Shown here: in pieces, positions 54,250 to 64,000 of the stretch
Layout: the number at the start of each line of letters is the position of its first letter
Numbering within the stretch: position 1 is the stretch's first letter
Assembly (NCBI GenBank): GCA_051362555.1
Contig: CM120648.1
Coordinates: forward strand, 8,924,587 to 8,988,586
Reading direction: 5' to 3'
DNA: 64,000 bases
DNA from: Lingula anatina
Taxonomy: Eukaryota > Animalia > Brachiopoda
Translations under genes and position numbers: made by a program
Notes under the pieces: generated by a model
The model's database searches: none
What the model was told of the DNA's origin: nothing
Seen by the model: only the letters and a program-made list of their open reading frames with translations

Positions 54250-54479
54250 GGATGCTTTCCCAGAGATTTAGATCGATCTTAAGATTAAGATTTAGATCGA
54301 CCTAACTCCCTGGGGGTTCACGCTAAATTGCAGTCAGCCGAGCGGGCACCATAGTTAATTACCGTCTTACAGCTTTTAGTAGGCGGGACAAACGCTTAAG
54401 CCGGCCAAGCTGACAGTAATCTAGTGAGACTCCCCACAGGGATAGATCGATCTAAAAATCTATGGAATGGAATGGGGTG
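54250..54479 (-). mobile_element. MITE family A, subtype 1
   Basis: TTA TSD. Empty paralogous sites at ~46085, ~47005 and ~61752 (AGTATTTTGTAGATAA). Confidence 0.88.
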
Positions 54480-55968
54480 TTAGTAGATAAACTGAATTGA
54501 TTGACATATCCTCGTAGTACATTAGCACGCTTGAGTTTTATTTCTTTGTCCGGGGTGCTGCAATTCCCTTGGATAGCTTTATTAAAACAGCGGTAATAGG
54601 GGTCGGGAGAAGGGGTGATCAGTGCTGTGTTCAGTTCCGTTTGTGGTGTTTGAGTTCGATGGTGTTGTCTTTCGTGTGGAGTTGTGGCCTTTACTTGCTT
54701 CGCCTTGGGAGTGTGCAGAGAAAAATTATGCACTCAAATGCACATCAAGAACGTATCGTCCTCACCAAGGTTTCTAGTCTTTATATATATATACATGGGC
54801 GTAACTAGGCATACGCACGGATGTACTGTGCGTACAATTTTTTGGCCAACCATGATATTATTTTATATAAATTTAGTGTATTTTTCACGGAATATAAAAG
54901 AAAATCCTCTGCTTATTAAAGTCACCTGTATACCTGTATACAAATCCTCTGTATCAATTGTATAGGCACAATTGTTCTGAGTCATGTATGGGTCATGTAT
55001 GGTGAGGTGGCAACGTCTAATTCCGATTTACAAATAATAATGAAAATACCACACAAAGAGTATTTACTCAATGCAACGCGAGCCAATCAGAGGCCGTTAA
55101 ATCCAGGTGGGCGAGACATAATATTATTGTACAGCAACTCGTATTTTATCACAAGTGTGAGTGACTGACGGTAGAATTGCATACGAATTAATACTTCTTG
55201 AACGTTCTATCACAGATGATTAAAACGGCAACATTCACCATCGGGAATTTAGGACAATATCTTTATGTGGAATTTGTTTGCGTGGACTGTGATTTATAAA
55301 CAACGAGCGGTGAAAAACGAAGTAGGAGATCCGGGGAAACTTTAACAATTCTACAGGTGAGGCGAATACTTTTTCACCTATAAACGAATATATATATGAT
55401 CAATATATCCAAACTAATATAATTGCAGGAGAAAAGAAAAATTAACAAGAAAGACGCAGGTGCGTGTCTTTGAATTTTAGGTAGTCTATAAAAATCTATC
55501 TGTGGGTCCCGGTAGAGAGTATTTACCTGTACCTGTAGGTCCCCTTTTTGTCGCTTTGCCCATGTCTTGGACTATTGAAACGAGTGTGAACGCATGTCTA
55601 GGACGTAACATTTTAACATACCCACGTAATCTCTTTTTATAAGATTGAGAAAGAGGGACCAAACAGACATTTTTACAATTTACAGTTAGTGAGAATGTAC
55701 AGGCCCGTAACCTGCAATTTCAAAAGTGGGCATTTTACCAAACACACCTTCTTGTGCTTGACGACCTTTTCACGACAAACGGCTGCACGTATGTGGCTGG
55801 CAAAATATTGCTCTTTAATACTGTTTCGAAGTCTAAGAAAGATCGTGAGACAGTCACACGACAGTGTGTCAGTTTTACCTATGTATGAAAATTGCAGTCT
55901 GCCGGATTTCCAGTGGTGGGTGTGGTCGGGGGGGGGGGGGGGGGGGTCCAAAACATAGGCCACTCAAA

Positions 55969-56126
55969 CCCAGCTAGCGGGACTTTTTAGGGGAACCCTT
56001 AGAACCCTATTGGGGGTCTTTCAGCATGGTCTCAGGTATACTAAATAGATACTGACAGACAATTTGAGTTGCGAGGTGTGGCCGGCAGACCCTGATTTAT
56101 AGGGGGTGGAAATCCGGCTAGCAGGA
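55969..56126. mobile_element. Possible CMC/EnSpm-like MITE remnant
   Basis: Imperfect inverted termini CCCAGCTAGCGG...CCGGCTAGCAGGA. Confidence 0.3.
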
Positions 56127-57150
56127 CCTAAAAGCTAACCCTACAAAAATAACTGCCTTATATCTCCACTAGTAGAGAACCTTAGATATTATTGTTGATA
56201 ATTACTAAAAATTTGGACAAGGGGCCTCCCATAAATTAAAACACTGGCGTTGCCTTTTCCCTAAAAATTTTGCAACATCGACGCAAATTCTTCTATTTCC
56301 TGGCTACACAATCGTAAAACATTTTTGCTTCCAACAGTTTCGATTTGCATTCAAGACTTTTTAAATTAATTTCATTGTTGGTTAGGGACTAAGTAACTGA
56401 AATAGTTTTCTGTAGGGGGATAACATTTGGCAGAAGTTAAAAGGGTCTTCAGGCAAGTATCTCAGCCCAATAAGGTCAAATTCTGTTAACCTTCACCTTG
56501 CCCCACTTGTCTGGTGCTTAAAAAAAACTGGCACTCAATGAGAAAAAAATATAAAAAGTCAATGTTAGTTTTGATAGTATTACTGTAGCTTAGAACGCAC
56601 GAATAAACACCTTCAGCACAATATTTTCATAATTTCACTTCAAGTAGTACCCTATACATACGAGTATTGTTCCTTGTGGAACACGATCGCTTTGATATTA
56701 GAAGCCAGTCGTATAAATTCAATAACGGGATATTTTCGTTTGATTGAATTGGTTATTTGCACAGGGACCTAAATGTTACAACAGAACAAACAAGCGATTG
56801 ACTTATTCGTGCTTTATTTGTAGTTTATTTGTGGTGGCCTAAAAGGAAATTACAAAAATAGCCATTTTAATATAAAGAAATGAATAAATTTATACTCATA
56901 AAGAAATGATTACATAAATAATTACATAAATTCAAGATGTACATTATGAAAAAATGTGAATACCTATTCAATATTAATATCCCCTGGCTATACATCCCGA
57001 GATGCGTTATACCCCCTTTACACTGGACGGCGTTCTTTCTGCGTTCTTTCTGCAACTAAAATTTGGCATCGCTGTGGTCTTAATAAGGAGACACGAGCAT
57101 TGTTTTTGTATCAGAATGAATGCTCAATGATCGTCCAGTTGTCGGCATGT

Positions 57151-57456
57151 TAAGATTAGATTAGATTAGCGTTGATTTCCGATTCAGGTTCCTACTGGAT
57201 CCTCTTTATCGGACTCTTCCTCCAAAACTAACTTGTGACTTCCGATGATGTTGATTTCGGACCTATAATTGTCATATTTGATTTCCTGGTCATCCCACCA
57301 CTTGTCTAATCTGTTCTTAAAAGAGTTGAGGCTTTTTGCCCTGACAACTTGATCGGGTAGGCTATTCCATATTTGTGTTGTACGCACAGTGAAGCTGTAT
57401 TTTCTCAAGTCTAATTTGGCTCTTTGAGGGAATAGCTTAAAACAATTTCCTCTATT
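57151..57456 (-). mobile_element. 5'-truncated CR1/L2-group LINE (ORF2 C-terminus + simple-repeat tail)
   Basis: RGNCFKLFPQRAKLDLRKYSFTVRTTQIWNSLPDQVVRAKSLNSFKNRLDKWW is the typical post-RT C-terminal motif (R..F..R....WN.LP..VV.A.S...FK.RLD). The 3' tail is (TAATC)3. Confidence 0.88.
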
Positions 57457-57924
57457 ACCATTCTATCTTGACACTCCACGTGCCTAATTAAAAAAGCAAA
57501 TGGTTATCGTTTAAGATGGCAGGTGCTTACTCTGAGAGCGGAGACTTAATATTTGATTTCCATTTGCATGAAAATATAGAGATATTTATTAAATATTGCA
57601 ACACATATCATGCCATATACAAGACTACATAGGTTTTATTTTTGATAAGAGCTAGAGTTCGATACACCTGATACCATTTTGTCCATGTGACATGCTTGAG
57701 TTTTATCTTTTTGTCCGGGGTGCTGTAATTCCCTTGGATAGCTTTATAAATGTGTAAGGGGACGACAAGAGTAACGTGGTATTAGAGGGTGGGAAAACGT
57801 GTGCTCATTGCTGTGTTCAGTTTCGTGTGTGGTGTTGCGAGTTCGTTTGGTGTTGTGACTTTCGTGTGGAGTTGTTGCCTTTGCTCGCTTCCTTAGCCAG
57901 AGCGCTGAAGTTAGTGTCTAGTTT

Positions 57925-60335
57925 CTAGTTTCGTTTTTCAAAAACGAACCTGGCATACCGCGACTAGGTAACCCTCACCGTGAAAGCCGGGCAGGGTGTT
58001 ACGGTCTCTTGTCGACGTGCGCTGAGACCGAGACGGTCGCCGATTATTTCCTACGGCGTACAGGCAACCCTCATCGCGGTAGCTTGCCAGGCTGTTTACG
58101 CTGTTAGTAGTTACGGTCTTACCTTGCTGTGCTGGGAGGTCGATTTGACCGCCTCTACCAGTCGCAGGCGGAAGCAGGGAATGGGGCTTAAGTGGGGGTG
58201 GGGAAATAAGGGTGAGAGTGAATAGGGGGAAGGGGACCCCGGGGTCTCCGTTTTTAGTTTGAAGTATAATTTTTGATTTTATTGAATTTTTGAAAGACGA
58301 TTCTGATGCTCAGAAACCAGTGTCGTTTTTTGAAAAACGATTCTGGCAACCAGAAACTAGTGTCGCTTTTCAAAAACGATTCTGTGAAGCCAGAATCGTT
58401 TTTGCGGAGAAAAACAGGGGTGGGCAGAGGGAGAGAGAACCAGAGGTGTGCGTGTACGGCGACCAGGTAACTCTCTCTGTGAAAGCCGGACAGGGTGTTA
58501 CGGTCTCTCCTCGTCGTGCGCTGAGATCGAGACGGTCGCCGATCATTGCCTACGGCGTACAGGTAGCCTTCACCGCGGAAACTGTGTAGAATATAACGGT
58601 CTCTCTCGGCCGCGTGGGTAGGCCTAGACGGCCGCTGATCCGCATCAGCGGCGCACAAGCAGCTTTCACCGTCGATGCCGGGCAGGGTATTCAGGGAGTT
58701 TCGTTTTTTTTCTGGCCGTGCGCTGAAGACTAGATGACCGCCTCTACGAGGCACAGGCCGCCTTTACAGCGAAAGCCGTGAAGGGTGTTTAGGTGGGGTT
58801 GGGGGTGGGCGGAAGAGAGTGAGAAGGGGGAAGGGCCTCCAGGGCCTTTGTAGTTTGAGGTACAATTTTTTATTTTATTGAAAAAAAAGATTCTGGCTTC
58901 TCAGAATCGTTTTTAAAAAACGGCACTAGTTTCTCGTTACCTGAATCGTTTTTTAAAAAAGACACCTATTTCGTTGACCGCTAGGTACCGTCTCGGTCTC
59001 AGCGCACGGCGAGAAGAGAGCGTATAACATCCTTTCCGACTTCTGCAGTGAAGGTATCCTGGTCACGGTAGACGATAATCGCGCGTTGCCTCTCCCCCGT
59101 CCACTCCTGTTTCTCCCCGTAAAAACTATTATGGCTTCTTAGAATCGTTTTTGAAGAACAAAACAAGTTTCTGGATGCCAGAATCGTTTATCAAAAAACG
59201 ACACTGATATTTAGGCATCTAACCCAACCTTACCCTCAACCCCGCCTTCTCCCGCCAATCTTAACATCTTGCCCGGCTTTCGCAGTGAGGGCTACTTGTG
59301 CGCTGTACATAAAGATTTTGAAATAATCTCATTTATATGCAAGGATTTTGGAGTCGCTTCCTGAGCCACAAATTGTGTCTCATAAGTGTTATAAGCTGAT
59401 GTATACACCCGCCAGTCGCTCCTCCTACTACTCCAGAATAGACCAATAAAAACTTGCGCATGTTCGTCACTCAACACAACGCGTGATACGCGCGAGAACA
59501 GAAGGCAACAGCAGATCGCTTCTTTACATAGAAGAGACAGCACGGTGGTTAATAAAAATGACGCCACATTACACAATAGGAAGCAAGTATTTTACTTATT
59601 AGGTTTAAAAAATATAAAGGAGTTATTCATCTCTGGTAAAGATTTGGAATTAGAAGTGACTCCAAAGTCCCAAAAGTTGAAAAATGACCATAAAACAGAA
59701 CAAAAAATACTCGCCTTTTTTATATTCCTCAAAAATCCGTAGCTGTTATAAATAGACGCTTATCAGCGGGCGTCTCGGTCTTAGCACACGGCGCGGAGAG
59801 TTTGTAACATATTGCCGGCTTCCGAGATGAGGGTTACCTGGTTGCAGTAGCACGCCGGTTGCCTTTCCCTCTGTCCACCCCTTACCTGTTTTTCTTTGCA
59901 AAACAATTCTGGCTTCTCTCAGAATCGTTTTTGAGAAGCGACACTACTTTATAGTTGCCAGAATAGTTTTTCGAAAACGACACTAGTTTCTGGTTGCCAG
60001 AATGGTTTGTGAAAAAACGACACTGGTTTCTCGGCATCAGAATCCTTTTCAAAAATGCAATAAAATTAAAAATTATATTTCAAACTACAAAGGGAGGCCC
60101 CGGGGGCCCCTTCCCCCTCTTCAACCTCACCCTTATTCCCCCACCCCCACCCCCACTTAAACTCCATTCCCGGCTTCCGCTGTGCAGGCTGCCTGTGACT
60201 GGTAGCGGCGGTCAACTCGGCCTCCCAGCGCGGCGAGGAAAGACCGTAACACTGTAAACACCCTGGCAAGCTTCTGCTGTGAGGGTTGCCCGTACCCCGT
60301 AAACAATAATCGGCGACCGTCTCGGTCTCAGCGCA
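57925..60335. repeat. Hierarchical ~500-bp repeat with large inversion (foldback-like)
   Basis: Forward units start at ~57967 and ~58466. Inverted copies lie at ~58985-59290 and ~59762-60335 (reverse complement of 58018-58543). Internal ~90-bp and ~39-bp subrepeats. Confidence 0.85.
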
Positions 60336-63033
60336 AGTAAAGCAAGGGAAGAGGTTAATAAATAACATGAAAGAATACAACGATGTTGCTTTGGCGCACT
60401 AATAGTCTAATATTTGACGTTGTCCGTGAAACACCACATTCCCATGCCACTTGGGGCGCAGGTTAATTAGTTTGACAATTTTCAAGCCTGATTTAGCTAT
60501 GAAAATACCACTCCACCCCTCTATCACGTCATAAAAAGTTGTTGAAGCGGACAAATTTGTTGCGTTTTCCTCGGGCTTTGAGCCTGTATTTAATAACATT
60601 TTTATCTTTCATAAACCAAACAAACACCCCATTCTACTTACATTGCAGCAACGGTGCATATTAATAATGAGGCTAATAAATAAATTCCTGCTTCATGTCA
60701 ACAGGTAAGTCTCAAGAGTGGAAAAGTTATTTTTATGAAGGTTCATGACAGTAATGTGACATCGGATACCTTTTGAAGGCGCTGTCAAAGAAGGAAGAAT
60801 GCAACAATTTTCTATTATTGTCACCACGCCAATGACTCCGTTGACCTTCCTTATTATATACATTAACCGTGCTGCCACACGTGCACAATACGAGAAAATA
60901 CAGCACGGTCGAGTCTTTACTTGCCAGCCGTGGTTTAATACCATGACAAAAAGTTTGTTGAAAAGATTCGTTGCCTCATTGACATGTGTCACTCAACTTA
61001 GGTACACCTGGTTTAGTTTAACGGGAAAGTCTTGAGAGTCCAGTGGTAAGCTAGCTGTGCTTTCTGCAGGAAGCTTTTCTTCATTTCTCTGACTCTTCAC
61101 ACTTGTTTGTGGTCACATTTTGGTGTAAGTTATTTGCTTTTTAGGGCAATTTCATTTATTTTGAATTTGCGTACGTGGACTGTGATTTGTAAGAAACGAG
61201 CAGATGAAAAAAGGAGGGATCCGGGGAAACGCGCTCTTCAGTTCTACAGGTGAGGCGACTACTTTTTCATTGATTGGTATAAACGAATATATGGACAACA
61301 TGGATTCAATTTTTTTCTGAAATGGCCGGTGAGGCGTGGTTGGTGTTGAGCAAGGCTCACTCCAGTGTGGTACACAGTTCTATGGCCTCTCAGACCACCT
61401 ACCCTCTATCAAGGCGACAGATTTTTTTTCACGAGATATTTACATATGTCTTTAGATAGATAGACAGTCATTTATATTAATTAATTGACGTCTTCATAGC
61501 ACTTAAAAAGGAATGTAATGAAAACGGTGAGGAGGTCGTTTAAAATTTTGAGGTAGAGATAAAAATTAAAAGAAGAGGGGGCAGAAACCAATTGGAAAGT
61601 AGTTTATTAACTTGATAGAATACAAGGGCGTTGCATTTACTACCACGCGTTACAACATAAAGTCAACAACTTCGTCACAATATTATTGTTATTATTCGTT
61701 ACATGTATTGTAGGGTTGGTGATTTATAGCTATAAGTGAGTTGGAGCGGGGAGTATTTTGTAGATAAACTGAATTGACTGACATAGTACTTACGCAAAGG
61801 AATGTAATGTAAACTGGGAGAAAGCCGCTAGAGATTGCATGAGATAGATTTAGAAATGGAAAGAAGGCGGCGCGGAATCTAACTAGAAAGAAGTGAATTA
61901 ATAACGTGAAAGAATATAACGGTGTTGTATTTACAACCTTGCGAAACAACATAATTTAAAGACAACAATGTTTATCTAACGTGAGCCGTGAAACAAGCGA
62001 TACTGCTATCATGAATGCGTCTTTTTATTCCTCGTGCTTCGTGCGTAAGCTGATTCATTATGTGCGGGCCGCAAGCGAGACAATATTCACGGCTTATTTT
62101 TAAATACAGCTTGATGACGAGTGCTGTATCTACCTTTATTCGTTTGTACACTTTTTAAGTCTGATTAGCAATGAAAATCCCAGCCCACACATGCCTGCGA
62201 AGTATTACTAAATAGCCATTTGTAAGTGGCACACCTAGTGTAATTTCAGAGAGATGTTTCAGTAAAAGACAGTGACCAAAAAATACCCCCCCCCCCCCAT
62301 ACACACACACACACACACACCCTATCACGTTTTGCAAAAAGTGATATCTTGACACTCCATGTGCTAATCAAAAAAGTTAATGGTTATAATTTCAGGCCTA
62401 CCCAACTACCAGACTCGGCACATAAGGATCCTGAATTAACTGGTATTTCGGATCACACTACCCGTTTTCAAGGTGTGTGTCAGATCGCATGTCATTGCTT
62501 CATATCGTACCATTCATCTAAATTTCAAAAGATTATTTCAGATGTAAAACGTAAAAAAAACTATTTATGGATCTGTCTCAGCCATTCCAAAAGACTCATA
62601 CTCCTCTTTCATAAATATTTGTTGACTTACATGGCTGTTGTTGTTAGAGTCTTTTGGATAAATACGGCGTGGCACAGAAGATTAAAAAGCAACCTGCCAA
62701 TCAACGGAAAAGATCAACGGAAAAGATCATTCTGCCTCGTTTAACATAGATCACTCAATGATTCTAATTCTAAACAAAGAAGGCTCGAGTGTCCAATAGT
62801 TCTTTCATGGAGGTTGAAGGTTCTTAGACCACGGTGGAAGTGAAGAACAAAAGACTCAGACGTGGTGTAACTCGCATAACCGCACGTCTCGCATGAATGC
62901 GTTATAACCCGCTAAAACACACATATACTACTCATCGAAGCACAGAACCGTAAACACACCTGAAAGCAAGTTAATTAGGGACTGAGCGTTTATCACCACA
63001 TATGAAAAAAGAAAGAACAAAAAACAAGCTGTA

Positions 63034-63700
63034 TTATATTTCAAAAGTGATCTTTTTGCCGTTTTTTTATTATTACAGCTTTCTCAATAACAGAAGGTAT
63101 TTCAATTGTTAAAATTTTGTCGTCCTTTTCCGTATTTTGCTTCATTGGAGGTGCCGATAAAGAGCTTGCAGGCTGGGTTGAAGATGACGTTACTGAAGCG
63201 CACGATGCTTTTGAAATTCAAAATATAGTTGTTTCACGAATATTGCATATTTATTTGAAATGTCTTAACAATATTGAAGCAGGGTGCTGCTGCGACTTAA
63301 AAGATAATAACGAATGATAAGAAAAATTAAACACACCTGGCGGATAGGAACTGCCATCTTGGCGCTTAATTTCCGTTATGAATTTAGCCAACCAATAGTC
63401 CAAAATCTCTAGATTTCCCTCCTCAAGGGTTGGAATAGGCCAGTGAGGGTCGGCCATAGTGACAGTTCTAAAATTACGCCACGTGAGCCAGTCCTTAAAG
63501 ATATTACATGCCCAGGTCGTATTTTTCTGTGTGTTTGCTGGAATTCTGTCTGCAACCATTTTTTCAAATTCAGCGGAATGTACTGGCTCTTCGAACCGCT
63601 TTGATTCTGCATCGACATCCACCTTATATAACGATTGGGTTGGTAATAAATCTAGCTGAGACGAGGGTGACGTCCTCCTCCGCTCCAAACATGATGAATA
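63034..63700 (-). mobile_element. Internally deleted, frameshifted CryptonA-like tyrosine-recombinase element (ZMYM2/QRICH1/KCTD1-related domain upstream of DUF3504)
   Basis: RF....IPANTQKNTTWACNIFKDWLTWRN...LDYWLAKFITEIKRQDGSSYPP is the conserved helical segment preceding DUF3504. Donor CCAG|GTGTGT at 63337/63336. No R-H-R-H-Y catalytic region follows. A tail-like peptide ILTIEIPSVIEKAVII(frameshift)KNGKKITFEI* ends at 63034. Confidence 0.75.
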
Positions 63701-64000
63701 GTGTTAAGGTTTTGGCCCGTCTTAGCTGTTATGCACATCGGTGGAGATAGCGTTTTACTTTTTTGACTAGAGCACGCGCTTATAGTTAGTTATGTTCTGA
63801 TCATTAAAAGTCACTAATTCCCGCAATGAGGTAAGACTTTATGAATCATTTAGTAATTTAAACAGTTAATAAGAACTTTATAAGTTGTAATTGTAACATA
63901 ATTTAAGGATAATTTCTTAATTTGATGTATTTTGTTCATTTCAGTTTCTACGTGACAATTTCAATGACAAGCAAATAAAATAGATGTGAAAAAGACTAAA

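Larger units (their letters stand above)
42390..62392 (+). repeat. Mosaic array of diverged segmental duplicates of a non-coding module
   Basis: Shared blocks: 45060-45200~53220-53360~60670-60800; 45340-46140~46410-47050~53460-54530~61050-61800; 47530-47720~62180-62392; 47680-48340~57465-57897; 48380-48845~52380-52915; 42390-42640~55075-55400; 51710-52370~60875-61060. Confidence 0.9.

Noticed and set aside
58295-58405. ~39-bp palindromic units superficially like a CRISPR array
   Set aside because: The units are contiguous without unique spacers, there are no cas genes and the context is eukaryotic.
58254-58754. 166-aa ORF and overlapping ORFs in the GC-rich repeat
   Set aside because: They are products of tandem subrepeats, and the frames are not preserved between repeat copies.
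62760-62965. Possible next exon of the Crypton ORF after the acceptor-like TTGCTTTCAG
   Set aside because: The phase-1 continuation stops within ~10 codons, and no DUF3504 motifs were recognised in the frames read.

Overview
AT-rich, microsatellite- and MITE-rich invertebrate animal DNA (probably lophotrochozoan; this is an inference). The only well-supported host-gene exon is on the minus strand at 39553-39115. It encodes a signal peptide plus a complete N-terminal agrin (NtA) domain and ends at a phase-1 GT donor. Positions 1-39114 therefore appear to be one intron of more than 39 kb, CpG-poor and with no further agrin exon that I could recognise. A promoter-like stretch with ETS and CCAAT motifs lies at about 39.8-39.9 kb. 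Positions ~42.4-62.4 kb are a mosaic of 3-6 diverged copies of a non-coding module. The module carries a ~105-nt exon-like cassette and has been hit independently by many non-autonomous DNA transposons, so filled and empty insertion sites can be compared within the window. Those insertions include PIF/Harbinger-type elements (TWA or CWG target-site duplications, TSDs), a 9-bp-TSD Mutator-like family, a TTAA Kolobok-like element and 7-bp-TSD P-like scars. The window also holds a 5'-truncated CR1/L2-type LINE, a hierarchical ~500-bp repeat with a large inversion (57.9-60.3 kb) and an internally deleted CryptonA-like (ZMYM/DUF3504-related) remnant at the right end. The most unusual observations are a MITE family whose core sits in opposite orientation between its two unlike termini in two subfamilies, 20- and 29-bp P-like palindromic scars, and the six-copy exon-like cassette. 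All family assignments were made by eye and need database confirmation.
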